Shown: positions 39,472 to 48,458, numbered from the stretch's first letter. The stretch is DNA of 64,000 bases from a virus (IMGVR_UViG_3300032267_001142:64001-128000), one strand, 5' to 3'. Program-made: numbers and translations. The notes: generated by a model not told the origin, from the letters alone.

Positions 39472-39852
39472 TTACAAGGTGGCCGAAGCTGATTCGGCTC
39501 GCTTTTTGAGTTCTAGAAAGCTCGGCTTGCCTTTTCTTTTTTCGCGGGCTTTCTTAAAATAGCTTTCTTGAACTGGGTCGACTCCATCCCTTTTCTCGGC
39601 TCTTTTCCTAGACATTTCTGCCGAGCGGTCCCAAAGGTCTCCGATACTTCCTTTGTCTTTGCCGGTTTTATCGACAAACGCGTTCGCGTTAAATGGGTCG
39701 ATGGCCGCATCTACTGAGGCTTGCGGCACGAACCATACTCTGTCCCATTCTACACCGTTTTTATCTACAAAGCGGTGCTCATCATTCATACCTAAATGAA
39801 TGTCAACAGTCTTTTTTTCGTTTTTTGGATGCGAAAAGCGATAGATTGGCAT
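39472..39852 (-). CDS. FmdB-like protein without Zn-ribbon cysteines
   Basis: N-terminal MPIYRF...MND...WDRV pattern. Confidence 0.45.
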   Translation of the reverse strand: MPIYRFSHPKNEKKTVDIHLGMNDEHRFVDKNGVEWDRVWFVPQASVDAAIDPFNANAFVDKTGKDKGSIGDLWDRSAEMSRKRAEKRDGVDPVQESYFKKAREKRKGKPSFLELKKRAESASATL

Positions 39853-39853
39853 A

Positions 39854-40945
39854 TTAGTTGGCGATGATGCTGGTCAGAGAGTCCGCTGTCTTTTCCCAAG
39901 AAAACTCGCTCTGGAGCTTTTTACCAGCAGCGTTTTCCTTATTGTTCAGCTTTCTTGCTAGGGCTTTTTCACAAGCTTCGATGAATGCCTCTTCTTCCCA
40001 GTCAAAGATGTTGCCTTGGTTGAAAGGCGCTCCTTGCTGAAAAAACACACCGTCGTACGCAGGAATCTTCTTGCTCGGCTGTACAAGAACGGCGTTTTCG
40101 TCATTTGCCCAGTCCTTCATTGCGGTGCAATTATGAATGACACCGTGCTTTCCTAGGGCAAGACAGTGAAAAGACGGAAGAGAGAATCCCTCTGCGCCAG
40201 ACATATCAATAACGATGTCCGTTGCGTTGTAAGCCTCGTTAAGTTCTCCCAGAGTCCTTGAAAAAGGAAGAACATTCACATTGAACGGCTTAGCGCCGCC
40301 AAATAAATCGGCATAAATCATCTGATGGTTCTCTGCCGAGAAATGAGGGTTCGCAACGTGGGTATGTAGGATTACATCTCTACGGTTTTTGTATTTCTTA
40401 ATCCAAGCCTTGATTGCTTTCGCGTGACGCTTTCGATACTCGAATTTTCCAAATATAGAGAACACCGTTACCTCTTTTGGATAGTAGTCTTTTCCAGTCT
40501 CGAAAAAATGTTTATTGTCGAAGCCTAGAGGAACGTAATTGATGTTTTTCAGACCAAATTCCTCGAATTTAGACTTAGCCGAGCGCGAGGTTACTACAAC
40601 ATTATCGTATGACGATAAGATAGCCAGCTCTTGCTGTGTCGGGGAGTCCAACTCGTAAAACGTAATCAGGTTTGAGTGCTTGCTGATTCGAGCTTCGCTT
40701 CCCGCGATATGCCAGAGACGCAACTCCGGTATATCTCGGTCTATTTTTGATGCTCCTCTCGCTATTCCGTCAGATAGCTTCTGGCGAAAATCCCCAGTTA
40801 GCTTATTGTAAGCAGACAAATCGGCTTGACCGCCAATAGGGTAGACGGACAACAGATTGTCGCGCTCCATTAGGACTCTGGCGATGTTATACGCGCAGAA
40901 CCCGAAGCTTACGGTATTGAATGGGGCTGAGAAGTTGAGCTTCAT
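39854..40945 (-). CDS. GT4-like (GT-B) glycosyltransferase
   Basis: VPLGFD, FGKFEYRK, MSGAEGFSLPSFHCLALGK. Confidence 0.8.
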   Translation of the reverse strand: MKLNFSAPFNTVSFGFCAYNIARVLMERDNLLSVYPIGGQADLSAYNKLTGDFRQKLSDGIARGASKIDRDIPELRLWHIAGSEARISKHSNLITFYELDSPTQQELAILSSYDNVVVTSRSAKSKFEEFGLKNINYVPLGFDNKHFFETGKDYYPKEVTVFSIFGKFEYRKRHAKAIKAWIKKYKNRRDVILHTHVANPHFSAENHQMIYADLFGGAKPFNVNVLPFSRTLGELNEAYNATDIVIDMSGAEGFSLPSFHCLALGKHGVIHNCTAMKDWANDENAVLVQPSKKIPAYDGVFFQQGAPFNQGNIFDWEEEAFIEACEKALARKLNNKENAAGKKLQSEFSWEKTADSLTSIIAN

Positions 40946-40950
40946 TCTTC

Positions 40951-41292
40951 TTAGAAGCCTGTGTCAAAGGGGTCTTCCTCAGAAGTGACGGGAGCTTTTG
41001 AACGCGGCTGAGCGGGTTTCTTTGCTGCCGCTTTCGGAGCCTGAGTTCTTGGTCTTTCCGAAGACTCCTGCTTAGGCTTGTAAGTATTCAGAATTCCATA
41101 ATGGGTCTTATCTTCTGTAGGCTCCCTGCGCTCAAGGATGTCTACGCGGACGTATCCCCTCTCGTCCTTATGCTCGTTGAGAAATTCAATGAATTTATCG
41201 ACGCTGATTGCGAGCTTGCCGATTTTTCCATAAGAGTTTTCCTTTTCAGTATAGAAAAGGCCATCTGCGAATACGCGGTCTGATTGTGACAT
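40951..41292 (-). CDS. Putative small phage ssDNA-binding protein
   Basis: FIEFLNEH...GYVRVDI...YGILNTYKP core, basic linker and acidic tail EEDPFDTGF. Confidence 0.5.
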   Translation of the reverse strand: MSQSDRVFADGLFYTEKENSYGKIGKLAISVDKFIEFLNEHKDERGYVRVDILERREPTEDKTHYGILNTYKPKQESSERPRTQAPKAAAKKPAQPRSKAPVTSEEDPFDTGF

Positions 41293-41297
41293 AGCTT

Positions 41298-41326
41298 ATG
41301 TTTATCTTTTTTTGTTAGGATTGCAA
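41298..41326 (-). promoter_or_regulatory. Sigma70-like promoter, leaderless geometry
   Basis: TTGCAA, 16 nt, TAAACAT, 5 nt, ATG 41292. Confidence 0.5.
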
Positions 41327-41902
41327 GCCTTTTTTCACTTTATCTTTGAGGACTTCCAAAGCTTTGTTATGAACAATTACCGTCCCCCATATGGAAAGGC
41401 CGACGTTTTTTGCTATTTTCTCGAAGGTCATCGGCTTCTTTCCGCCAGAGAGATATCTCAGCTTGAGAACTTTATTAGCTCGCCTAGTTAAGCGGTTATC
41501 ACTTTCAGCCGAAAGCTCTTTTTTCACAATAGCTAGAGCTTCTTCGTGAGCTTCTTCGCTTCTTTCTAATGGGACGCCTCCCAAGAAATCGTCGTCAACG
41601 TGAACTAAATTATGAGTTCTAGACTCGAATTTCTTGAAGGAGGTCATTCTCGCAAATTTAGTCTGCGCAAACAACCAAGTTGAAAACTTAACCTTCCTAT
41701 CGGGCCTGAACGAATCGCAAGATTTCCAAATAATAAGATAGAAGTCTTCGTCTAGTATATCTCGCTGAAGTTCGTCAGGGAGCTTCCTTCTCTCTGAGCG
41801 GAATATGGCTAAATGCCTAGTATAAAGCTCTTTAATAGCGCTGTTATCGCCTTCAAGTCTGACCTTTTCGGCCAGTTCCTCATCAGAAACAGTGCTATTC
41901 AT
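41315..41902 (-). CDS. Phage-encoded sigma-70 family (small, regions 2+4) sigma factor
   Basis: SDEEL...KELYTRH, FRPDRKVKFSTWL (region 2), VLKLRY...TFEKIAKNVGLS (region 4 HTH). Confidence 0.85.
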   Translation of the reverse strand: MNSTVSDEELAEKVRLEGDNSAIKELYTRHLAIFRSERRKLPDELQRDILDEDFYLIIWKSCDSFRPDRKVKFSTWLFAQTKFARMTSFKKFESRTHNLVHVDDDFLGGVPLERSEEAHEEALAIVKKELSAESDNRLTRRANKVLKLRYLSGGKKPMTFEKIAKNVGLSIWGTVIVHNKALEVLKDKVKKGLQS

Positions 41903-42515
41903 GTGATAGGTAGTAATCGACGATTCTGTTTACTTGCGGAGACAGCTCCGCGAGATTCATTCTTTCGTCAGTGTTTACGTTTTGAGCGACGATTCTTATA
42001 TCGGCGGCTGAGATGACTTTAGGATTGTTCAGTTCTTCGGACTGATTGGCTGGTGGAACCAAGTTCCCGTCACAATCAAATCTGGAAATATGGACAAGCA
42101 ATCCGCCTTGGCTTTTGACCCACGAAACTTCATCGTTTTCGTATTCATCGAATCTTACGTCAGTGATGACTGGAACGAATGGCTGGTCGGCTTCGTTCGC
42201 CGCCTTCTGTATTTGCTTGCTGACGAGGCTCGTCCAATACTGGCCTTGAGAAACGGCGCGTTTAATCTTACCTACAGCTACCATTAAGTCTCTAACGAGT
42301 TCTTTTTGTTCAGCCGTGCAGTTGAAGATATCAAATGAACAAAGCTCAGAAATGAATGGCGCGGTTTTCTTTTTTAGTTCGTCGGCTAGAGCGAATCTTT
42401 TCGCAACGATTCCGCGAGAGGCAAACTCTCTAATCAGGAGTCGGCAAAATGTGTCTTTGCCTGCGGTAGCTACGCCAGAAAGCGCAAGTGGTTTATAGTG
42501 TTTGGTTTTTAGCAT
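41895..42515 (-). CDS. Deoxynucleoside monophosphate kinase
   Basis: SGVATAGKDT, FALADELK, ITDVRFDEYENDE. Confidence 0.85.
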   Translation of the reverse strand: MLKTKHYKPLALSGVATAGKDTFCRLLIREFASRGIVAKRFALADELKKKTAPFISELCSFDIFNCTAEQKELVRDLMVAVGKIKRAVSQGQYWTSLVSKQIQKAANEADQPFVPVITDVRFDEYENDEVSWVKSQGGLLVHISRFDCDGNLVPPANQSEELNNPKVISAADIRIVAQNVNTDERMNLAELSPQVNRIVDYYLSHE

Positions 42516-42973
42516 GTCTTTTGTAAAATGATGGACTCAAGCTCGGGTGAGTTTACCTGAATTAGTTTAATTTTGAATTCTTTGGCCAATTCCAAAGAGA
42601 GTGGATTCCTTTTGTAAATCTCATCATATACCACCAATGGTATTCTGTATTTCGCGATTTCCGTGAGGCAATCTGGGCACGGAAGCATCGTGCAGGCGAT
42701 GAGCTTGATTTCCCCTATTCTTGCGTAACCTAGAGCGTTACGCTCAGCGTGGATAACCCTTGCTAACCTCTTGTCCCTATCGGACCAGTCGACTTCTACA
42801 CCGCTTGGCGGTCCATTGTAACCTACTCCTGCCACGGAATAGTCCCAACGCAGCGCGCATGCGCCAACTTTAACGTATGGGTCTTCTGACCTGAACGTCG
42901 CGGCGACTGCTAGATTCATAGCGTGTCTTCCCCATCCAATTCTTTTTTTCTCGGCTAAAAATACTTTCATCAA
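42509..42973 (-). CDS. dCMP deaminase
   Basis: RSEDP..KVGAC, GYNG, HAERNA, PCPDC. Confidence 0.9.
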   Translation of the reverse strand: MMKVFLAEKKRIGWGRHAMNLAVAATFRSEDPYVKVGACALRWDYSVAGVGYNGPPSGVEVDWSDRDKRLARVIHAERNALGYARIGEIKLIACTMLPCPDCLTEIAKYRIPLVVYDEIYKRNPLSLELAKEFKIKLIQVNSPELESIILQKTC

Positions 42974-43209
42974 GTTAGTTTTTCTTCTTTTGGCGTTTTC
43001 CGGTATAAAGTCGGAGGGCGTCCGTTCTCTACTATCGGCACAATTCCTGCGAACTCTATTGCTTTGCTTTTAATTCCTGTTTTAATTCTATACCTAGCGG
43101 CGGTCTCGCTGAATCCGTTTAATGACATCAGTTGTTCAATGGTGAACGTTTCTGCTGGCCATTTGATTCGTCGAGAGGGTCTTCCCCTTTTTGAGGCTGC
43201 GCTGGGCAT
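42970..43209 (-). CDS. Small winged-HTH-like DNA-binding protein
   Basis: RGRP at the N-terminus, FTIEQLMSLNGFSETAARYRIK, GRPPTLY. Confidence 0.55.
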   Translation of the reverse strand: MPSAASKRGRPSRRIKWPAETFTIEQLMSLNGFSETAARYRIKTGIKSKAIEFAGIVPIVENGRPPTLYRKTPKEEKLT

Positions 43210-43269
43210 TCTTATTAGAATCTTCTACGAATTTCTTCACGAAGCAAGAGAAAAAGCTTGATTGTCGAA

Positions 43270-43436
43270 AAAATAAGCGTACTTGTACAGTACACCAGTT
43301 GTTATCTGTGTACACTAGAGCTGCCGCTCGTACAATTAGTACAAATAAGAAGCCGATAGGCTTCTAGCTGTCGCTAGACAGCTTCCGCTTCGGCGGTGAG
43401 CGACCACTTAAGCGGAGAGCGGCAGCTAGAGCGTAC
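43270..43436 (-). ncRNA. Candidate structured ncRNA or origin element at the strand switch
   Basis: An 11-bp outer helix (43319-29/43417-27) encloses three 7-bp helices. Seven GTAC sites. Lies downstream of a TTGACA-17-TAAAAT promoter and ends at a T-run. No ORF. Confidence 0.5.
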
Positions 43437-43439
43437 TCT

Positions 43440-43468
43440 ATTTTATGAGTTTTGCCGAGGTCTGTCAA
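43440..43468 (-). promoter_or_regulatory. Sigma70-like promoter (leftward)
   Basis: TTGACA (43463-68), 17 nt, TAAAAT (43440-45). Confidence 0.75.
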
Positions 43469-43482
43469 GCTATTTTTTCTGC

Positions 43483-43510
43483 TTGATGTTCGCGAAAAAC
43501 GGAGTAGCAT
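43483..43510 (+). promoter_or_regulatory. Sigma70-like promoter (rightward), leaderless geometry
   Basis: TTGATG, 16 nt, TAGCAT, 6 nt, ATG 43517. Confidence 0.6.
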
Positions 43511-43516
43511 CCAATT

Positions 43517-44692
43517 ATGACAATTAGCTTGCCTATTAACAATGAAAATTTCAATGTCGTCGCTGGCAGAATAGCCGGAGACGAGGTATTTCTTGTGACT
43601 CCAAAGGGTATCGGCGCGAAGTTCACAAAAGACGACTTGATTTTTAGGTCTTCAGTCTGGACTAAAGACGGAAAACCCGTCTCGTTGTCATTGAAGAAAT
43701 TCTTTAACCTAGGCGAACGTCCTGATATTTATGACGCATCTGAAGATTTGCGTTTTTGCGAGATTATTGAAAAAATTGACGGTTCCTTACTGTGTGTATC
43801 GAAGTATAAAGGTGAAACGATTATTCGTACACGAGGAACATTATCCGCATTCGGCATGCCGAACGCGGCGGACATCTCAGCTTTGCAGCTTCGATATCCG
43901 AAAGCTTTTGAAATGGCCGCTTACCCAAGTGGGACTTGCGACTATTCCTTGATTTTTGAGTGGTATTCTCCGTCCAACAAAATCGTCATATCCTACGGCG
44001 ATGAACCTGAGCTATTCCTGATTGGTTGCGTTTCTCACGAAGATTACAGCCTATACACTCAATCCCAGTTAGACGCTATAGCCGCAGAGCTAGGAGTGAG
44101 GAGGCCCAAAAGATACAAGTTCGACACGCTGGCCGAAATGAAAAGGGCCATCGGAGCTTTGGACTATCAGCAAACTCAGGCGATGAGGTCCACGAAAGAC
44201 GCGGAAGCCCCTCCTGACGCGGCTCCTCTGGAAGGCTTCGCGGGAATGGAAGGCTTCTGTGTTTACTCACGAAATGGCCAGAAAATAGCCAAAGTAAAGA
44301 GCGCCACGTACTTGTGCCTGCACCGCATGAAGTCGGAACTGTCGTCGTTTGACAAGGTTTTGGATTTGTGGTTGATAAGCGATAGCAAGAACTTCAACGA
44401 TTTCTATTCTTACGTCTGCACGAATCTTGACTTTGAGATTGCCGAAATGGCCAAACCAGACATGAGCAAGGTGGCTGACGCGGCCAAGCAGGTAGATGGT
44501 ATCATCGCAGGGATGTCTCGCTTCGTCGAGACACGCCTTCGCCATCTGTCTTCTAGAAAGGAGCAGGCTCTAGCTATCCAAAGCGCCTACTCAAACACAA
44601 ACCGAGCCAGCTTCGTGTTCGCTATACTTGACGGAAAAGACTTAACAATCGACCAAAAGAGAAAGCTCTATTGGCAAGTCATTAAAAAGTAA
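43517..44692 (+). CDS. RNA ligase, T4 Rnl1-like
   Basis: EKIDGSL motif I, IFEW, EGFCVY, AKVKSATYLCLH. Confidence 0.8.
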   Translation: MTISLPINNENFNVVAGRIAGDEVFLVTPKGIGAKFTKDDLIFRSSVWTKDGKPVSLSLKKFFNLGERPDIYDASEDLRFCEIIEKIDGSLLCVSKYKGETIIRTRGTLSAFGMPNAADISALQLRYPKAFEMAAYPSGTCDYSLIFEWYSPSNKIVISYGDEPELFLIGCVSHEDYSLYTQSQLDAIAAELGVRRPKRYKFDTLAEMKRAIGALDYQQTQAMRSTKDAEAPPDAAPLEGFAGMEGFCVYSRNGQKIAKVKSATYLCLHRMKSELSSFDKVLDLWLISDSKNFNDFYSYVCTNLDFEIAEMAKPDMSKVADAAKQVDGIIAGMSRFVETRLRHLSSRKEQALAIQSAYSNTNRASFVFAILDGKDLTIDQKRKLYWQVIKK

Positions 44693-44710
44693 TCCGGTGT
44701 AATCTTCTTG

Positions 44711-45364
44711 ATGAAGACTATTATCATCTCTGATATCCATTTGGGCAGTCCCGTCTGTCGGGCCGACAAGGTTCTGGACATTTTGAACTCCGATATGGAT
44801 GAATTAATCATTAATGGTGATTTAATAGACAGCAAGAACCTCACACGGTTTCGCTCTAAGCATTGGGAGATTTTGTCAAAGTTGAGAAAGTTGACGAAGA
44901 AGATTCCAACGCACCTTATCGGAGGGAACCATGACGGAGACTTAGGGCAGGTTTCTGATATGCTCGGTTTGGATTTCCGTCAGAGTATGGATATCAAAAC
45001 CGATAACTTTAATGCCTATGTTACTCACGGAGATAAGTTTGACCTCTGGATGAGCCTCCGAGGCGTGTCCGATTTCTTTTCTGGGCTTTACTATTACGTC
45101 CAAAGAATTGACAGTAAGAGTCGCCGGATGTCGAGGTTTATTAAACGCCTGAGCAAGAAGCTCATAAAGACAGACTCAAATATGGCAAATAAAGCGTGTC
45201 GCTACGCTAGCAAGCACGGTTACGATACCGCTATTTTGGGCCATAGTCATTTTGCAGACGATAAGATGATAGATGGCGTGCGTTACCTCAATAGTGGCTC
45301 TTTCTGTGAAGACCCGTGCCATTTTATTGAAGTTTCAGATTGCATTACTCTAAAAGAATGCTAG
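44711..45364 (+). CDS. LpxH-like calcineurin-family metallophosphoesterase
   Basis: SDIHLG, NGDLID, GGNHDG, THGDKFD, LGHSH, NSGS. Confidence 0.85.
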   Translation: MKTIIISDIHLGSPVCRADKVLDILNSDMDELIINGDLIDSKNLTRFRSKHWEILSKLRKLTKKIPTHLIGGNHDGDLGQVSDMLGLDFRQSMDIKTDNFNAYVTHGDKFDLWMSLRGVSDFFSGLYYYVQRIDSKSRRMSRFIKRLSKKLIKTDSNMANKACRYASKHGYDTAILGHSHFADDKMIDGVRYLNSGSFCEDPCHFIEVSDCITLKEC

Positions 45365-45377
45365 CATCTGAATATAG

Positions 45378-45551
45378 ATGCACTACCTTTATTTAAGCCT
45401 TCTGAAAGAGTCTACTCTCACCGAGCTTGAGAGTATGAAGAGAAACTTGGAGCAAAGTGTTGCGGCTGTAGAGGAAGTTATAAAAGCTAAAAAAGAAAGC
45501 TCGGCACAAAAGCCTCCAGAGCCAAAACGAGAGCTTCTCGTTACATCGTGA
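45378..45551 (+). CDS. Small coiled-coil hypothetical protein (57 aa), absent from the ORF track
   Basis: MHYLYLSLLKESTLTELESMKRNLEQSVAAVEEVIKAKK...; TGA is 1 nt before the next ATG. Confidence 0.5.
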   Translation: MHYLYLSLLKESTLTELESMKRNLEQSVAAVEEVIKAKKESSAQKPPEPKRELLVTS

Positions 45552-45552
45552 T

Positions 45553-46092
45553 ATGCCTACGGACTCAATAAAAAAGCTAGAAAACGTCCTTCGCCACATC
45601 AAGCTAGTGCAAGATGCGACCCAGCTCTTAGGAAAGAGACTGATAGAGTCCGGTGAGGAGGAATTCGGAAGGGCGCTAATTGCTAGAGGGCTGATGCACG
45701 ATGTATCGAAACTCAGAGGCATCGAATGGAAGTTTCTGCACTCTTCCGAGCCTGCCACTACGGACGACGACAAAAAGAATCTGTCGTTAGCCATAGAGCA
45801 GCACCACGCAAGTAACGAGCATCATATTGAATTCTGGGGCGACCCCGAGTTTATGCCGAGATTATCCGTGGCCGAAATGATTTGCGACCTATACGCAAGG
45901 GCGCAGGAATTTGGTAGCGATGTCAAGGAATACATTTTTACTGACTTTTTCCGTCATCATAAGATTGGGCCTAATACCAAGACCGCGAAAAGGATGAAGT
46001 TTTTTCTCGACGTACTTCTAAATAAGCCCTTCAAAAAGGTTAAAGTCTGCGATAAGCAAGACGACAGCCGCGAACACAAAGAATCCAAATAA
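45553..46092 (+). CDS. HD-like protein (DUF5662-like)
   Basis: RHIKLVQ, MHDVSKL, HHASNEHH, EMICD. Confidence 0.65.
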   Translation: MPTDSIKKLENVLRHIKLVQDATQLLGKRLIESGEEEFGRALIARGLMHDVSKLRGIEWKFLHSSEPATTDDDKKNLSLAIEQHHASNEHHIEFWGDPEFMPRLSVAEMICDLYARAQEFGSDVKEYIFTDFFRHHKIGPNTKTAKRMKFFLDVLLNKPFKKVKVCDKQDDSREHKESK

Positions 46093-46108
46093 GTTAGCGC
46101 ACAATATC

Positions 46109-46480
46109 ATGAAAATAATTACAAGGTTCGTTAGATGGCTAACGAGATGGGCATGGAAGAAAGAGCTTGAGGCTACAGAAAACATCGCGACGCTAGAAAA
46201 GCTAGCCATGTCAGGAAATTACGCCGAGCTTGAGTTAAAGGCGAAATCTCCGGCGCTTCATCGTCATCTTTGTCGCTCTTTAGCGGCAATCGTCGCGGAA
46301 TCTCCGAATTACACAGAAATGAAATTCGATGTTGTCTCCGACCACGAGGACGGAAAGATATGGGTCACTGTCTTAGTTCAGAAAGGCTCAGGTCTTACTC
46401 CTCACGAATTGAGACGTGAAGCCGAGGCGCGGATAGCGGAGCTGCAAAAAGAGCTGGATTCTTTTAACAAGAGCAGTTAG
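46109..46480 (+). CDS. Hypothetical protein
   Basis: 123-aa ORF on the module strand. Confidence 0.5.
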   Translation: MKIITRFVRWLTRWAWKKELEATENIATLEKLAMSGNYAELELKAKSPALHRHLCRSLAAIVAESPNYTEMKFDVVSDHEDGKIWVTVLVQKGSGLTPHELRREAEARIAELQKELDSFNKSS

Positions 46481-46483
46481 TAT
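46455..46483 (+). promoter_or_regulatory. Sigma70-like promoter of the ABC-GNAT/MazG/aaRS-like/NADAR operon
   Basis: TGGATT, 17 nt, TAGTAT, 6 nt, ATG 46490. Confidence 0.5.
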
Positions 46484-46489
46484 CGCTCA

Positions 46490-47623
46490 ATGACACCGTC
46501 ACTTTCTGATAGAGCGGACCTAATCGTATTGCGGCATCCGATAGTTCACGATAAATATACACAGGCCGCGCAGCAGATGTTTGACGTGCCTCACGCCGAG
46601 GAAAGCGTTACAGTTATTCAAAACGAGCTGACGATGCCGACTTCCGATTGGAACATCGGGCTTATTCATGGTCCGAGCGGTGCAGGAAAGTCTACTCTTC
46701 TTCGCCAATTCGGGAATCCCAAGACTTTCGCGTGGGACGCTCAGAAATCCGTGATAAGCCACTTTGACAACGTGTCTCCAGAAGAAGCAGCGGCGCTGCT
46801 TTCTTCGGTAGGATTTTCTACGGTTCCTGCTTGGCTCCGTCCGTATCATTGCTTGAGTGTCGGGGAAAGGTTCAGGTGCGATTTGGCTAGAGCCGTGGCA
46901 AGCGATGATACTATCATTTTAGTCGATGAGTTTACTTCTGTAGTCGATAGGAACGTCGCTCGCTCAGCCTGCGTGGCGCTTTCAAAACTAATACGCAAGA
47001 CCGGCAAAAAAATTATTCTGGCCTCGTGTCATTCGGATATAATTCCTTGGCTTTGCCCTGACTGGAGCTATGACCCTTCGGAGGCTGTGACCCACGAGTA
47101 TGCTCGTGGGAGCCTTCAACGCCCCGACGTTCATCTCAAAGTATTCAGAACAAAATATGAGGCGTGGCACCTATTCAGCAAATATCACTATCTGAGTGGA
47201 GACCTAAACAAGGCCGCTCGATGTTTCATGGCTACGTGGAATGACGTGCCGGTAGCTTTTTGTGCTATCCTCGCAATGCCTAATCCATACAAGAAGAATT
47301 GCTGGAGAGCCTCACGCACAGTAGTATTACCTGACTATCAAGGTTTGGGCATCGGAGTTAAGTTGTCAGACTATATGGGTTCATTAGTCAAAGCTGGCGG
47401 TGGAGTATATTATTCAAAGACTATTCATCCAGCCCTCATCGCTCACCGTTTGAAATCTGGTAAATGGAAAGAGACCTCCCATAGCCGTCAAGCTCGTAAT
47501 CCTTCCAACGAGTCAATGCAAAAAAGAAATTGGTTCGTTAGCCCTAGATTCTGCTACGCTTTTGAATATACTGGAGAGCCCGCTACAGAAGGGGCTGATA
47601 ATATCTTCTGGCAGAAATGCTGA
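46490..47623 (+). CDS. ABC-type ATPase fused to a GNAT acetyltransferase-like domain
   Basis: GPSGAGKST, LSVGERFR (ABC signature), ILVDEFTSVVD, SCH; C-terminal RTVVLPDYQGLGIG (GNAT motif A). Confidence 0.85.
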   Translation: MTPSLSDRADLIVLRHPIVHDKYTQAAQQMFDVPHAEESVTVIQNELTMPTSDWNIGLIHGPSGAGKSTLLRQFGNPKTFAWDAQKSVISHFDNVSPEEAAALLSSVGFSTVPAWLRPYHCLSVGERFRCDLARAVASDDTIILVDEFTSVVDRNVARSACVALSKLIRKTGKKIILASCHSDIIPWLCPDWSYDPSEAVTHEYARGSLQRPDVHLKVFRTKYEAWHLFSKYHYLSGDLNKAARCFMATWNDVPVAFCAILAMPNPYKKNCWRASRTVVLPDYQGLGIGVKLSDYMGSLVKAGGGVYYSKTIHPALIAHRLKSGKWKETSHSRQARNPSNESMQKRNWFVSPRFCYAFEYTGEPATEGADNIFWQKC

Positions 47624-47877
47624 CCGCTAAGATTATGGGATATCATCGAAGAAAAATACCTAAAGGCAAACTAGGAGAAGCGTCCAAAATAACAGAAGAG
47701 TATCAAGAGATGCTCGATGGATTAGAGCAAGGAAATAAGGTGCTTGTTATCTGCGAGTTAGCTGATATGCTAGGAGCTATAGAAGCTTACGCTCTCAAGA
47801 CTTTCAATTTAACACTTGAGGATTTGCACAAAATGTCTAAAGCTACCGCAAGAGCTTTCAAAAAAGGAGACCGGTAA
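47617..47877 (+). CDS. Minimal MazG-like nucleotide pyrophosphohydrolase
   Basis: KITEEYQEMLD...ELADMLGAI (EExxE / ExxD). Confidence 0.7.
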   Translation: MLTAKIMGYHRRKIPKGKLGEASKITEEYQEMLDGLEQGNKVLVICELADMLGAIEAYALKTFNLTLEDLHKMSKATARAFKKGDR

Positions 47878-48458
47878 TGATAAACTTTAAGGTAATAGAT
47901 GATTCGATTAAGCACTATGAAAAACGCGGATTTCAGAGAATAGAGAGTCCGTGGACAGTGACTCAAGAAGTGCTGGATATCACTAAGCCTGATAGTGCCG
48001 TTGACTCGTTCCGGCTATTACATAAGAACGGTAAGGGTCTTGTAGCCTCTGGAGAGCAATCGTTTCTATATCTTTACTTGAAGGGTTTCCTACCGCTTGG
48101 AAGGTTCCAGACTGTGACGCCGTGTTTTAGGTTTGAGAATTTTGACTCCCTGCATACGAAATACTTCATAAAAAACGAACTAATAGAAACGAAAGCCGTC
48201 TCCGAGGCGACTCTAAATGATATTCTCGCGAACGCTCACGCTTTCTTCTCTTCGTATTTTTCAGACGCGGAGGAGCAGCTTAAAATAATAAAGACAAATA
48301 AAGAAGGCTCGCCAACGTCTTACGACATTTGTTATAGAGGCGTCGAGTTAGGAAGCTACGGTATTCGTAGTTGCGACTTTCTGGAATGGATTTATGGGAC
48401 TGGCGTTGCCGAGCCGAGGCTATCCCAAGTAATAAGGAAATTCAAAGACAAGCGATAA
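47877..48458 (+). CDS. Stand-alone class II aminoacyl-tRNA-synthetase-like catalytic core (193 aa)
   Basis: Motif 1 GFQRIESP, motif 2 CFRFE...H...FIKNEL, ELGSYG, motif 3 GTGVAEPRL. No tRNA-binding domain. Confidence 0.75.
   Translation: MINFKVIDDSIKHYEKRGFQRIESPWTVTQEVLDITKPDSAVDSFRLLHKNGKGLVASGEQSFLYLYLKGFLPLGRFQTVTPCFRFENFDSLHTKYFIKNELIETKAVSEATLNDILANAHAFFSSYFSDAEEQLKIIKTNKEGSPTSYDICYRGVELGSYGIRSCDFLEWIYGTGVAEPRLSQVIRKFKDKR

Noticed and set aside
45553-47877. Z-genome (PurZ/DatZ/MazZ) or 7-deazaguanine modification cluster
   Set aside because: HD-like and MazG-like genes are present, but no PurZ, DpdA, FolE, QueC, QueD or QueE homologue was recognised in the window.
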